From positions 310,001 through 374,000 of the forward strand of contig OZ287082.1 in the NCBI GenBank assembly GCA_965645245.1: a stretch of 64,000 nucleotides of DNA. The letters are read 5' to 3'. Under the pieces are notes generated by a model. The model made no database searches. It saw nothing but the letters and a program-made list of their open reading frames with translations, and was not told the DNA's origin. Every line of letters begins with the position of its first letter. The first letter of the stretch is position 1. Below are positions 11,043 to 24,714 of this stretch, piece after piece. Source of the DNA: Massalongia carnosa (lineage: Eukaryota). Position numbers and translations under genes: made by a program.

Positions 11043-11614
11043 TGTAACGGAGTTCCCAATCAACGAGGACTATGAGTACTACGTCCAATGGCATGCCATG
11101 AGGCATGGCATTCCGCCTCCGGATCCTCTACAGGAGGATACATTCTCTATTCCTCCTGAAGAGTTCACCGAGTGGTGGGACCGGTATGACACCGTCGATG
11201 GAGAGAGGGAAATGACAAATGCAGAGGTGCGAACCTCTGAGAATCGCTGGAATTTTCACGTCTCGGTCCGGATGGACCAAACCCCCCGTCCTTGGGACAA
11301 AGGTCCCTTTCCGTTGACTTCCCCACCTCCACCCCCTCCGAACAATAGAAATCAGTTGTTATCACCACCTACGGATGCATAGGTAGTGCTTGTTAGTCTG
11401 CGAGGGCGCAGACGTCCTATTTGTTTTTGCCGTAGTAGTGGTAGTATGGCGTCTAGAGAGACCAGATGGTCTACACCTTCCAAGGCTGGCACCTTCCTAT
11501 TTTAGTTAGTTAGCTTAGACTAGTGCTGGTAAAACCAGGCCTTTTGGCCTGGGAAAAATATCATCTGCTTTCTACCTTCAGAACGCTTTTCGGGTCCATG
11601 GCTTTTCTGCTACA
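11043..11614 (+). repeat. 3' LTR of gypsy A
   Basis: TGTA...TACA after the PPT; 3' part repeated at 2959-3112. Confidence 0.8.
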
Positions 11615-12059
11615 TGACACTAGACTCAGCCACTGATCATCTGTACTCCGTCAGTCGGGATTTTCTAGAAACGTGCTTCTTGTGGCAAAAGCCTCATGTG
11701 CCGTTCCGAGCCGTCATTAATCTTACATGAGCGTGACAAGAAGCACAATTGCATCCTACATATCTCTTCTTCACTGAGGTTCAGCAACCCCTATGCAAAC
11801 ACCGTTCATAGATGACTAATCTCTTCTCAGACATGAATCATCTTCATGCGGACTCTGAATGATGGAACAAAGCTGCTGCACACTCTATTGTCGGTCGCGG
11901 AGAGTTGCAGAGAATGTCTCACGCCCGGATGGGTGGTTTCGTTAGCGTCTATGGATCGTTGTCTATTGCTTGCAGCTCTTCACTCCAGTCGCAGGCATGA
12001 CATGGCATTCATATCCTTGAAGATCAATCTCCCGAATTTTCCCTAATCGAAATGTGGAG

Positions 12060-12420
12060 ACATCAATGATTCGGACAAGAATGATTTATCGATTGACTGT
12101 TGTGAACCGAACGACGATGGTCTCACGTTGTGGATGTTTCGCAAATTTCAACAGAAGCAAAGGCACAACCGCCTGTTGGCCACGGAAAACGCCAGGCTTC
12201 AGGATCCCAATGCGAGAAAACCAATTCATTGTCCAGTCTGCTCGCGCGGATACTTCCGAAAGGTTGCCTTGCGGGAGCACTAGCACAAATCTCATGACGA
12301 CTTGCATCAAACCCGTCTCGTTGCCCGTTACGCCTTTCCGACGCGTCATTTGCTCAAAGCGTTTTGAGTCCGCCAGAAATTGCGAGACACATATGAAACA
12401 AACGATGGGATGCAGGGCGA
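12060..12420 (+). pseudogene. C2H2 zinc-finger gene relic
   Basis: Manual translation gives ...KPIHCPVCSRGYFRKVALREH*HKSH; after a frameshift, ICSKRFESARNCETHMKQ. Confidence 0.5.
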
Positions 12421-13922
12421 TGAGAGATCAAGGTATCATATGACCTTCACTACAGGGATGGCGATGCTCACCAAGGTCACAGTGTCAGCGCACACCGCCG
12501 ATACGATGAAGGAGTTGGGTCATTGGTGGGGGTCATGACAGTGAAACAATCAGGGGTGTCAGCGGGGGAGGTGGGACCATCGGTGACGGAAACATGGATA
12601 GTGGAGTTAGGATTGACGGAGGAACACCTAGTGATAGCGGAATACGTCGAAGGAGGACCGCCGGGTATTGCGGAGCTTTCAGCAGCTAGATGATCACCTA
12701 GCCTGGAAGGAATCCCCGCACTGGACAAACTGTTCGTCGCCGGCGAACAATTAGGATGAGCGGAGCATGCGGTTGAAATCTACTGCCCGTCTACCCCGTT
12801 TCACCGTCCCTACCCGATCGACAGCATCCTCATCATTCGTAACCCATGGCCGACGAAGATTCTCAAACGCGATCAGGGCATTCCTCCAATTATTCAGTAC
12901 TCGATCGTGTTTTCGAGCCTGCGTATGCGTCATCTGCAGTCACAGCAGCAGGAGAATCATCGACGGCGTGGCATCACTCAGCGTTAGCGGAGTTTATAAT
13001 CAGTCGAGATCGAACCAATGACGTTAAACCCTCCAGTGAAAATACGGTCATCCCGAATGAAGGAATGCCTGACGATGAAGAGCCGGCAAACATTGACGGA
13101 ATAATTGGCGGGATGGGAATCTATTCTCTCAGCGGCCCAACGTGCCGAGATCGAGCCTCAGTTTGACAATCCGTCGACTTAGTAACCCTAACCATAAAAC
13201 CATAGAAATTTCGAATTCGTTGAGTCGGATTAAACTTTTCCCGAATCAGATTCTAAAATCCGATTCAAATATGTCGAATTAAATAATTCGTCGCGTTCAA
13301 CTTGTTGCGCGACGTGGACATGTATTTCGCGATGTAACTATTTTATGCTTGTATTCCTATTTCTCGAAATATTGTTTGAAGACACATAAATCAGTTCACG
13401 ATTGTCTTAAATGGACCTATTAGACTTAACTAGTTCCGGCAGATCTAGCTTCAAAAGGGTTTAGTAGGTTGATCTTGCTGTTCTTATGATATCGTGATCG
13501 ACTAATGCGAACCAGAACATAGGCTAGAATCGTTATCAAGACAGTCGGAGAAACAATAGAAGACTGAAAGAATGATTGATTCTTGAGGAGATCGAGCTAC
13601 GCATCTTCGTCTTTGGACTGCTCGAATCGCGAAAGCCTAGTCTAGAAGGAGAATTGGCGCAAGGCCGTGTTCAGTGATAAATCGTTCTACTTTTAACATA
13701 AGAAGTTTCCTTACTCTCTCACAGCCTTGTTCTGTTCAAGTATCCCAAGACTCTCTACATGACCTTGTTATAATTTGCTTCTTTTTCTTCTTCCACTGTC
13801 GTGAAGCGATACATTATTACTCGCATCGAGTATTTCTTCGCTCGCATATAAATCAACCTTGACTGTTTGAAACACTCACATTCTTGACTATATTTGTGTT
13901 AACGAGTTTTGTGCCTTCTCTA

Positions 13923-15422
13923 ATGTCTCCCACCGACTCCGCCAACCTCGCTGCGCAATGGGCTTCCTTCACGATTACGGCGCTGGGTCTCGGTTCTCTT
14001 GTCACACAAGCAGGCGCTATCAGAAATTCCCTTGATAGTTTTCATGGAAAGCGGGGAGCTGACAGTCTTGGAGTCTGGGTAAAGCGTCAACAACATCAGT
14101 CCTGGTATCAATTTGTAAAACAGCCTCCTCAGGGTCCGAGAATAGAGGGAACATATAGTGGTCTTTTCGGTCGCAATATGATTTACGTCAGCCGAAGGCC
14201 CGTTAAAGATGTTGGGAAGGCATCATGGACCGCAATATTGAAGACGTTACACCCGCAGAGTTTGATTTCAAACCATCCGGCTATTGACGCGCTTCCGTGG
14301 GAATTGACGCTAAAAATCGATGATCTGGTCCGAAATAGGGACAAAGTCTGCACTAAGATTACCCGGACGGGTCTCATTATTTGCCTTGTGGTCTCGAATG
14401 CTTATCAAGACTACAAGTACTCCGGCGACGCAGGACTTCGAGTGTCCTATTCCGGATACACGGGGAGTTGGCAGATCCAATGGCCGCTCGGTGGCTCAGC
14501 GGAAGTGGAATTTTTTCAGTTGGATAGCCACGATCCTGCCACGGAGACACACCCAATTACGTTTCCTCGCCGCGTGGATAAGTGCATATCTATGTTGCTG
14601 GGCATCATCGAGGCCCCAGCACTGGGAAGACTCGGGTTTTCGGAACCAAAAGAATTAAGGTTCTCGGTGTTGCAGTGGGAAAAGCAAGGATTCAGTGTTC
14701 ATGGGAAAACCACTCATCTTACTAACATGATGGGCCGCAACAGTTTTGAGGTTGACTATCTTGTCCGTCGGCCATTACTTGAGGCTGACAAGCCGATACA
14801 CAACATGCTAGAGTTATCTATTCCGCCGCCAGAGGAAGACTTAAATCGGAGACCAATAAAGTACCTAGATCAGGGTCCCGCTCCCTCAACCGTTTTTGTT
14901 CCTGAATTCGAACAACTCAAACTAGCTACGTCTTTAGATTGCCTTCCCTGGAGCGCATTGGGCTGGTCTATTCACCGTGGGATGCAGTCTCTTCTCATCG
15001 CTTATGGCAAGCCAATCATGAATGCATACCGGCAAGCATTGGCATATACGCTCGAAAATGCAATCAACGCCAACGCGGGATCCCTTAGGGCCTGGGGCTG
15101 GAGGCCAGATTTCATCGCAAAATACATGGGCGTTACGGCTGCAGCTTCAGTGAAGATGGAAGTTGGGAATAACGGAGATAATGTAAGGATCGTCACTGAT
15201 GCCGCGCTGCTGTTGACGAAAGCTCAAAATATGGAGCAACTAGATGAGACGCGGTTCTGGAGGCGTCAGGTTGCAGAGCGAGATATCAAACCTGTTCCTG
15301 AAAAAACCCCGCTAGATTCAGATACGGTGACAGCATTAACGAAGATGTTCGTGTTGAATTGGAGTAATGAGTTGGATCACAGGTTATTCCAAGATCTTCC
15401 TCCAGAAATTCTGATCGCTTGA
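13923..15422 (+). CDS. Intronless hypothetical protein (~499 aa) with a hydrophobic N-terminal segment
   Basis: Uninterrupted ORF from ATG 13923 (track starts at a TTG, 13884); no TE motifs; WASFTITALGLGSLV hydrophobic stretch. Confidence 0.8.
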   Translation: MSPTDSANLAAQWASFTITALGLGSLVTQAGAIRNSLDSFHGKRGADSLGVWVKRQQHQSWYQFVKQPPQGPRIEGTYSGLFGRNMIYVSRRPVKDVGKASWTAILKTLHPQSLISNHPAIDALPWELTLKIDDLVRNRDKVCTKITRTGLIICLVVSNAYQDYKYSGDAGLRVSYSGYTGSWQIQWPLGGSAEVEFFQLDSHDPATETHPITFPRRVDKCISMLLGIIEAPALGRLGFSEPKELRFSVLQWEKQGFSVHGKTTHLTNMMGRNSFEVDYLVRRPLLEADKPIHNMLELSIPPPEEDLNRRPIKYLDQGPAPSTVFVPEFEQLKLATSLDCLPWSALGWSIHRGMQSLLIAYGKPIMNAYRQALAYTLENAINANAGSLRAWGWRPDFIAKYMGVTAAASVKMEVGNNGDNVRIVTDAALLLTKAQNMEQLDETRFWRRQVAERDIKPVPEKTPLDSDTVTALTKMFVLNWSNELDHRLFQDLPPEILIA

Positions 15423-18400
15423 CCATCGTTATGGAGCTGATACTGCACATTGCTAACATAGAAAAAAAAATTCAATTTCGGCTCATTTGCTGCGAATAAA
15501 TCTTATTCAAGAAATGGTACTTGCGGTACCCAAAAGTGTCATTGGGATATGTGAAATCTGATTCACTACCTCTAATTACATGACATTGATTTCAGAGTTC
15601 GAAGATAATGAAATATCTTTATTTGTAAGAAGGCATCTGGTGTTTTGATATTTGAAATAATCCGTTATTCTTGATATTGCATGTTCATTAATCTTGGAAT
15701 TACGTATAATATGAGCTTGAAATTACGTATAATTCAAGAGAGCGTAGCATAACTACTCAGAAGTAAATCGAGCTCAATCGAGAAAACGCTTTGCGTTCTT
15801 TAACACTTGAAAGAAAATTCGACACGAGAGAAGAACTAGAAACAGGAGTGATCATTTAACCTGAGCAATAGAGCTGAGTTAATGTCAGGGTCCTAGCCTG
15901 ACATAAGGCTGAGATGGAAGTGGGGATCACGGGAGCACACGAGGCTAGCGCGACACTCGGTGCAGATATTTCTAGCGAGTCGCGCACAATAATTCTTTTC
16001 TTCTTTTGTAGATAAATTTTAGTTTAATAGCGGTTGATTAGAATCGACGACAGCTTCCTTACACAATTTATCTACCTATTAGTATTCTTTCTTCCAGAAC
16101 TTCCAGTAGGGACGAGGTCCCATCCAGCAACTTTCTTCCAGATAGGGTGAAAACCCGTTCCAGTAACTTTCCAGATTGATCGTTTGTGCGAATCCAAACC
16201 GATCCAAATTCCAGAACTTCCAGAACGTTTCGAATCAGGGAATTCAGCTTTCCCATTTTCAGAATCCAGTCATGAGCTCAAAAACGCCAATGACGGCGAG
16301 AAAGGCCGTAGCCCCTCCCGCAGAGGCCCAGACCGGCCTAGCATTTAACACCCGCGCTCGTTCCGTCTCCCGTCATTCGTCTCGCTCGGATAGCAGCATG
16401 CCGGGAACGTTTGAAGACTCCGAATTACCTCAGAACGAACAGATTAAAGAAACAACGGAGGGGACGTGGGAAAAAAACCCAAGAGCAGGACGTGAAAAAG
16501 AAAAGGAGTTTTTTCAGAAGATCGATGTCTCCAATCATCCATATTAGAGAAGGATGCCGCGGAACATCCGTCCCACGTTGCAGCACACAATTTGAAGGAA
16601 TTGCAGAGCATCTTGCGAGACGAGAAAGAAGGACCCCGATGGTATGACTTCCTCGCGAGAGCGCTCGAATACGACAAGACCCTATTCAACAAATACATCT
16701 CCTTGCAGGGCGACCTGGAGAAGCTTGGCGAGGCCAAAAAGATCAACAGACGTTACAAACAAGTACATGAACGTCTCATCACGGAATAAGACGATGCCGA
16801 ACGAAGAGGCCCTTCTCGCGCAAGAAGAACTATCGCATAGAGATATCGAATTGGAGGCAATGACTATAGCAAAAGAGAGATTACAGAAAGAAATAGACTC
16901 CCTGGTCCGCCAGTTAGCGGAAACACGGGAAACACCACGTCATCAACGAGAAGATACCGTTACTACCCGAAGCACCAACGCCAACCCCCAGAATTGGCGA
17001 CCCCGTGGCATGAACCCTAGCAAGCCACTTAAAGGTGAGGACTCGGAGGAGTATAGCCCTTGGGCGTACTCCGTCCGCAATAAACTGAAGACAGACGCAC
17101 CCTTCTACGCCGATGAGAACGAAAAGGTCGGTTACGCACTGTCTCAAATGGAAGAGCCGATCTTCGGGGCTATGCACTCTTGGATAGTGGATATGGGAGA
17201 CTCACTATCGGCCGACGCTTTATTCGAAGAGATAGAGCACTATATGAGCATTCACCTCCAGAGCCGCGACGCCAAGAAAGAATTCCTCACCGTCACCATG
17301 AAAGGGGGCGAAAGCGTCAGCGAGTATTATCACCGAATCTTCAAGCTATGGCAGAAAGCCAAAACTCCCGTTGACGAGCGAATTGAGAAGTTCCTCGTGA
17401 CGTTAAAGCCTAGCATTTGCAACTCTCTTATGGGTTCAGTCTTTACTGATTTTCGCCCTTTACTTGACGAAGCACGAAGAATCGAAGACCGCCGCAAAGA
17501 TGTGGCGCACCACTTTCCTCGTCCCGATAAACCAGCCGCAACGAAGAATTCCAGCCAACGAAGCAATTCCTCCGGCGGACAATCCTCAACCCAGTCCTCC
17601 GGCGGAAAGTCCGCCTCATCCTCCATCAATCAAACCAGCTCCAAGAAATCTGATGATCGGCCGAATGCGAAGCTGATGCCAACGATAGTCAAACCGGCCG
17701 GTTGGGTAGGCACCTGGTATGATCCAGACCCAAACCCAAAGAAGCTGAAGGACGACGAGCGCGAGTCCCTCTCCCGTCAACGCCGATGCTGGGCATGCAG
17801 GGGATCAGGACATCGAGGAAACGATACCATTTGTCCTCAATACAGGGACAAGAACTTGAGCACCATGAGGACAGTAGAAACAGATTCGGGAGCGGAATCT
17901 GAGGCGGGAAAAGCCTAGTCCTTGATCGAAATCGCGATCAAGGGCTTACAAACAAGGAGGTTGTTAATGGGAACGGTGACACTGAAACGAAAATGGTGAG
18001 GGTCTCTACTTGTGCTGTCCGCGATACTGAAAAGAAAATCGAGGGCAAGCATTTAGTTTTTAAGACTAGCATAGCTGGAATTAATACCCGTTTACTTATC
18101 GATAATGGAAGTGAAGCTGAACTCATTGACGAATCCTTTGTGCGTAAACACAAATTGAACACCTTCAAATTGGATAAGAAGGTCAAACTTACTTTGGGAA
18201 ATGGAGAGGTAGTACAGCTCCTCTCGAAGGCCGCCTTGATCGACGTGAAAATCGGAGATCACGAAGAGCAAGTCTTATGTTATTTGGCAAAACTAGAAGC
18301 GTATGCAGTCATTTTAGGGGATGGATGGCTGCAAAACGCACAACCCAATGATCAATTGGAAAGAGAGAACGATGAAGTTCAACTCATCACATTGTCTTGA

Positions 18401-19611
18401 AAAAGGATATCTTACACGAGGGATAACTTGCACCGAATTCGCTGTGGGAAGCAGGGTTAAGAATAGGATCGAGCCTAAGGAAGACATCGAAGTTCTTCCA
18501 GTCAACGCAAAACACCTCTTTCGAATGGCCAGAAAGAAGGATCACGACGGCTATCTATGGATTCCTCGAGAAACAAAGAAGGCCTTCTGCGCAACTACCA
18601 CCGGAGCAGTGACATCAGGAGATTACCACAAGTTCATGAAGGGAAAACCGGAATACACCCGAGAGGAGTTGTTGAAGAGAGTCCCAGCATCTTATCACAG
18701 CGTAATAGATGTTTTCATGAAGCACAAGGCGGATGAACTACCTGAACACCGGAAGGAGGATCATCAGATAAATCTCGAAGCGGGAAAAGAAGCTCCGTAC
18801 GTAAGGAACTATAAACCCATGTTAGAACAAGAATTGGACGCGGTTAAGAAATACATCGACGAGCATCTGGGAAAAGGCTTCATCCGTCCAAGTTCGTCAA
18901 GCGCAGTAGCCCCCGTTCTTTTAGTTAGAAAACCAGGGGGTGGTTTAAGATTTTGCGTAGATTATAGAGCCTTGAACTCCATCACGATCAAGAACAGGTA
19001 CCCAATACCGTTGATAAATGAAACGTTGGGAAAACTATCACAAGCCAAGAAGTTCACAAAACTGGATGTGATGACCGCTTTCAATCGTATGAGAATGAAG
19101 GAAGGCTATGAGTGGCTCACAGCTTTCAATACTAGATATGGCCAGTTCGAATATTTGGTAATGCCGTTCGGTCTTTGCGACGCTCCAGGAACCTTTCAAA
19201 GCTTCATAAACGATACAGTCAGAGAATACTTAGACGTTTTCTGCACGGCGTATTTGGACGACGTCTTAATTTACAGCGAAAACGAAGAAGAGCATTCCGA
19301 ACAAGTGCTAAAAGTTCTAACTCGATTGAAGGAGAAAGGACTGCAAGTGGACATAGACAAATGCGAATTCTCTGTGACAGAAGTGAAATATCTTGGGTTG
19401 ATAGTTGCCACCGATGGAATGAAGATGGACTAGGAGAAAATCGAGTCGATTCTAAAATGGGAGACCCCAGGCTCCGTTAAAGATGTACCAGCATTCTTAG
19501 GCTTTGCAAATTTCAACCGAAGATTTATATCAAGGTTCTCGCAACGAACGAGATCGTTAACAGAGTTAACAAAGGGCGAGCAAATAACGACGAAGTCAGG
19601 AAAGAAACGAA

Positions 19612-20095
19612 TGAAACGGGGAGACCGTCTCCCAGCAGGCATTCACTACTGGAAGATGGGATCCACAGGGGCTACACAACGTGATGGTCACAATAGAGGT
19701 ACAAAATAGGTAGGGTCGGGTCAAAGGGTAGACTAAATGCTACCCTTTTGAAGTGCTTGATCATTGATCTATATAGGATAGGACAATCCACAACCTAAGC
19801 TCTTCTTCCGTACCTTGCCCATACTACCTGGTATTTTCGGACTCCGAAATACTTCGGACACCGAAAGACACGGGTAGATAAGACTAGGCAGGTGAGCTAG
19901 GGGAGGTGAGGCGAGGCGAGGGGATACTTCGTGTACTACGAAAACACCTCCATAATAAGTAAGTCCCCACACTATGCCTAACTGGGTTAGGCGGGACCTT
20001 ATTGTCTTGGTGGTTGTTTTGGCTGTACGTATCCCACATAGCCACATAGGCCAGTCTTACGTTCAACGAACGCATACTAGGCCTACCCTATTACA
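19612..20095 (-). mobile_element. Solo LTR inserted in gypsy B pol
   Basis: TG...CA termini; TSD ACGAA at 19607-11 and 20096-100; removing it restores the frame GKKRTRNNSLVW. Confidence 0.92.
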
Positions 20096-22094
20096 ACGAA
20101 CCAGAAACAATTCACTCGTTTGGTCTGAAGACTGTAAAAAAGCCTTCGAAGATTTAAAGAATGCGTTCACCACCGCTCCCGTCTTAGCACATTAAGATCC
20201 GGCCTTGAAAACATGGGTCGAGACTGACTCTTCAGATTTTGTTAGCGCCGGGGTACTCTCTCAAATGCACGACGGAATACTGAAACCGGTAGCCTAATTT
20301 CTCCAAGAAGATGACTCCTGCCGAGTGTAATTATATGATTTATGATAAGGAACTCCTCGCCATTGTGAAGAGCTTCGAAGTCTGGCGTCCCGAATGTCGC
20401 AAGTACTGCTCCTGATAAACCTATTAAAGTATACACCGATCACAAGAATCTAGAGCACTTCATGACCACGAAACAGCTGAATAGAAGGCAAGCTAGATGG
20501 GCCGAATTTCTTTCCGAATTTAATTTCAAGATAATGTATCGACCGGGAAAGCAAGGAGAGAAACCGGACACGCTGACCCGACGCTCTCAAGACCTTCCGA
20601 AGGGATTCGAGGATATAAGAAAGCAACATCAATTCCAAACGCTGCTGCAAGAGCATCAACTAGATGACGATATACGAAAAGCGCTAGCAGTCGTGTTCTG
20701 CGCGAACATAGCAGACGCCGACGACGACGACGACGATAAAGATCAAGATAAACAAAGCAATGCCACCGAGGAAGGCGCAACAGAATCAGAAGAACCCAAC
20801 GCAGAACATACACTAGCGACTGATGAAACCGAGAATTCAGTAACGAAGACTTTGGAGGAACTAATTGAAGAAGCTTACGAAAGAGACGAAACGGTCCAAG
20901 ACATAATAGCAGCAAAGAAAAAAGAACTGAGAAAACTCCCATTGAACCTCATAAAAAGAGGGATAAAGCTAGCAATGGGGGACCTCAAAATAGAGAACGA
21001 CAAGCTGTATGTCAAATAAAGACTATACGTACCAGATTACGAGCCATTGCAATTACATTTATTGCAAAAGCATCACGAACCATCATTACAGGCCCACCCA
21101 GGATGCAAAAGTTTGTATCAAACAATGAGAGAGAATTATTTCTGGTTCGAGATGGAGCACTGCAGGAGATACGCAGTTAAATGCCCTGTATGCCGAAGAT
21201 CAAAAGCATACAACGACAAGAAGTAAGGCCTGTTGAATCCTCTTCCCATCCCAAATAGAAAATGTGTGGACGTATCATTAGACTTCGTGGAATTCCTCCC
21301 AGAATGCCGAAGACGAAATAGAGTCTATCAGCACATATTAGTGATAGTAGATCGTTTAACGAAAAGACGATTATACGAACCACTAACCTCTCTCTCTACG
21401 AACGAACTGATGGACGCAATGTCCAGGAGATTGTTCTCCTCTTACGGATTCCCTATATCAACGGTCAACGACCGCGGTAGCCAACTAACCGCTCACCTAT
21501 GGAAAAGAGTTTGCGAAAGATACGGGGTGAAAATAAATTTCTCTTCTGCACATCATCCCGAGACGGACGGTCAAACCGAAAACGCCAATAAGGTAATGAA
21601 AAACTACCTTCAAGCATACGTCAGTTATACACAAGACAACTGGGACTATCTCTTAGACGCCGAGTTTGCCGCCAACAACCATGTAAACGTATCCACGGGA
21701 ATGACCCCATTCTTTGCAGATCATGGCTACCAGCCACGCTGTGGCATCGAACCACCAGGCACATACGAAGGCAAAGGAAAAGCAGAGATACTGCACGCTG
21801 ACAGGATCATAGATAGACAAGGAACTGGCTTCGAGATCAGTTAGCCGGGCTCAGGAAAAACAAACACGGCACGCAAACAAAGGCCGTCGACCCCATCCCG
21901 AATACAAGATCGGAGACATGGCTTATGTAAACGCAAAGCACTTTGCTTCCGAAAGACCCAGTAGATCATTAAGTTTCAAGAAAGCAGGCCTATGGAAGAT
22001 AATAAGGATCATCGACAATAGAGCATACGATTTAGAAATTCCGGATCAGCTAAAGAACGTCGGGCTTACCCCCATCTTCCGTCCATGGAAGCTA

Positions 22095-24714
22095 CTCGTA
22101 TTCACCCCCATCTGCAACACACCCCCATTTGCAACACGCTAGTTAGTAAGCACCCCACCAAAATACGAAAAACCTTTACCTTTCAGCTTCGCATGCCACC
22201 CAAATTGCTAGTAATTGCAAGCCAACTGATGAAGTTGGTTCGGAATAATCTAAAGATTTATTGACCTAAAATATAACCAAATGGCTGCATCAAAAGAACT
22301 GGAATTGAGTTTTGTATGTACATTTAAACCTCATCTTTTCACTTCCCCTCCTTTTCAACCCCACTTTCCAGCTCTCTGACAGCAGCAGACTGTCCTAATA
22401 ACTTTCCCTTGACCAATCGATGTCCTCTAATCAACGAGGTCTTCCAGTTTGAGCTTCGAAAAAGCGATACTGTTGATCAAGAAGGCGTTGCTTATGTTGG
22501 ATCGGAGGGAGTTTTTTTAGGATGGGTCCTGAAGTCCCATCAACATCATTTGACAGATAAACTCAGGGCAAATGAACATGTGAAAGGACTGTTTATACGT
22601 ACAGAGACTTTTTATTGGCTAGGAGGAGGAGGATCATGCGTACGAGGCGAGTTTCTAGTTCTTTAATCAAGCCTTTGCGACGGCTTTATTGTCCTACCAC
22701 TTCGACTGATGCGCATTTCATTCATTTTATTCGTCTTCGGCTCAATCAGGAAAGTCTTTTTTGGCAATGAAGTTCCTCTCGATCGCTTCTTGAAAGGACT
22801 GGGCGAGAGAAGTATGATTGAATCCGAAGGCGGAGGAAGCATCGGAGGCCTTTGAAGAGCTTTCTTGATGGGACTGCGTTGTTTTGACTCCATGAATAAA
22901 TCGGGACTGAGTTTGTTGAATGATTTCACCAAAAGATTGAACTCTTTGGTCATTTGTTTATTAATCTTTTCCTTTTCTTTGCTAGCTAGTTTTTGCTCTC
23001 GTTCCTCGAGAACCTCCGAATTCATGATTCTAGCAGTACCATAATGTCCTTTCGCTCGATTTGCTCTCTCGTGTTTACGACGAGCAGCTACAAGAAGTTC
23101 TTCGTTTGTAATCCTGAGAAGATTACTGCTTGCCAACGCGGATTTGCAGGCCTTTCCAAGCTTGTCGAGAATCAATTGATTTGAGTCATTGTCAGTCAAT
23201 TGCTCCATCAAATTATTGACTTGATCAGCACTTGCTGGAGTAAATGCCACTGAAACAGAGACATCATTTGAACTCGTGACTGTCATTTTCGGAGGCGTAG
23301 AAGGATGACGTGGACAAGGAAGTTTTTGAAGAACTATAGCAGGATTGAATGGAAACAACCCACTTTTAGACCAGGCATGCTGAATATATTGAGTGGATAA
23401 AGCTCTGTTTCGAGCCTTTTGATAAAGAAGCAGAAAGTCTGATTTATCAATTGAATAACCAACTCCTAGTCTAGTATGCTTCTCCAGTTCCACCCGATAG
23501 GCCGTAGACAATGGATGAAAAACACTAACGTCTAAAGGGTGAAGCATGTCCGTTGAATAAGAAGGAAGACATAAAAGAATGATGTCTTTTTCCTTACAAA
23601 ACTGAATCACTTCTGAAGTAAGATGAGAAGCATGTCCATCGAGAATAAGAAGACGATAGCGACCTTTTAAACGGCTTCGTGTTCCCGGTTCAAAACACTG
23701 CTTTAACCAATCCAGACCGATTTCATTGTTTGTCCATCCATTCTTACTGAGAGCAATGTGACCACCTTCTTTGATAAATGAACGCCAGGCCTTTTGCTGT
23801 TGTTTACCTTTGAAAATAACCCATGGTTTAAGAACTGCTCCATCAGCAGATACACATTCGATCAGAGAAACCCATTTTCTATTACCGCATTGAGTCAATA
23901 ATGCTGATCGATCATGCTTAGAGCAAATTACTCTGAGCTTGCCCACTAGTCCCATAGCAAATCCTTTTTCATCCATATTGTAGCAGTCCTCCTCATTGAA
24001 TTTATATTGATTAAAATTCTTTGCGTACAGCTGAAACCATTGATTGAGCATTTCCGCATTTTGCATTAAAGCTCTATCCTATCCAATGCCTGACAAACAC
24101 AGTATCCAACTCTTTATGACGGGATAAAAATTTGCTCACCCAATTGATACCCAAATCATTGCGATCGTCTCGCTTTATCAGCATTTCTAACGCCATAAAG
24201 CGAAGCTGTGTTACACGAGGAGGCTAGCCCCATGCCTCCATTTGTATTGTCCAGTCCACGAGAGCTGATTCCTCCTCCGGAAGTAATCGCTGCTGCAATA
24301 GAGCAGCTTCTTTATGAGTTTTCGTTTCTGCAGTAAGGGTGGAATGAACGATACCATGTTGACGGGCGATTTTTCGAACGGATAGCTTGTCTTCGAAAGC
24401 TTTGGGACCAGCTTCCCAGTCATTAAATGACTCTCTATAAGCAGCAATAGCAAGTTGAATGTGCTCCTCTTTGGGCAGTTCGTCTGCTGAGTTCATAATT
24501 AATAAATTGACTTGATAATTCAGATAGAAGAGGGAGAAATGTAAAAAATTTGATATACCGGAGTTATCGGATTTTAATGCAGGTGCTTACGAACTAGCGT
24601 GTTGCAAATAGGGGTTATGTTGCAAATGGGGGTTTTGTTGCAAATGGGGGTTGTGTTGCAAATGGGGGTTGTGTTGCAAATAGGGGTTGTGTTGCAAATG
24701 GGGGTGAATACGAG
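22095..24714 (-). mobile_element. Complete pogo/Fot1 DNA transposon inserted in the gypsy B integrase tail
   Basis: TIR CTCGTATTCACCCCCAT at both ends; TA TSD; excision restores WKLHLAP; 18-bp subterminal repeats. Confidence 0.95.
22663..24496 (-). pseudogene. pogo/Fot1 DDE transposase (5' part frameshifted; 467-aa catalytic part open)
   Basis: HTH region 24224-24496; YNMDEKGF, ILDGHASH, HPLDVSVF. Confidence 0.9.

Larger units (their letters stand above)
2960..11614 (+). mobile_element. Ty3/gypsy LTR retrotransposon A (degenerate; 5' LTR truncated; pogo fragment inside gag)
   Basis: 2959-3112 matches 11438-11608; PBS-like TGGCGACCACGG at ~3112; PPT GAAGGGGGGA before TGTAACGG at 11043; 3' LTR ends CTACA at 11614; gag-PR-RT-RH-IN order. 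Confidence 0.9.

Noticed and set aside
11098..11382. 94-aa ORF after gypsy A pol (env-like?)
   Set aside because: Lies inside the 3' LTR; no signal peptide or TM segment
12477..13190. GC-rich, coding-like minus-strand segment
   Set aside because: Only short broken frames with no recognisable motif
24595..24714. Regular short repeats resembling a CRISPR array; ORFs with TPICN repeats
   Set aside because: No unique spacers, eukaryotic context, and the repeats lie inside a pogo terminus
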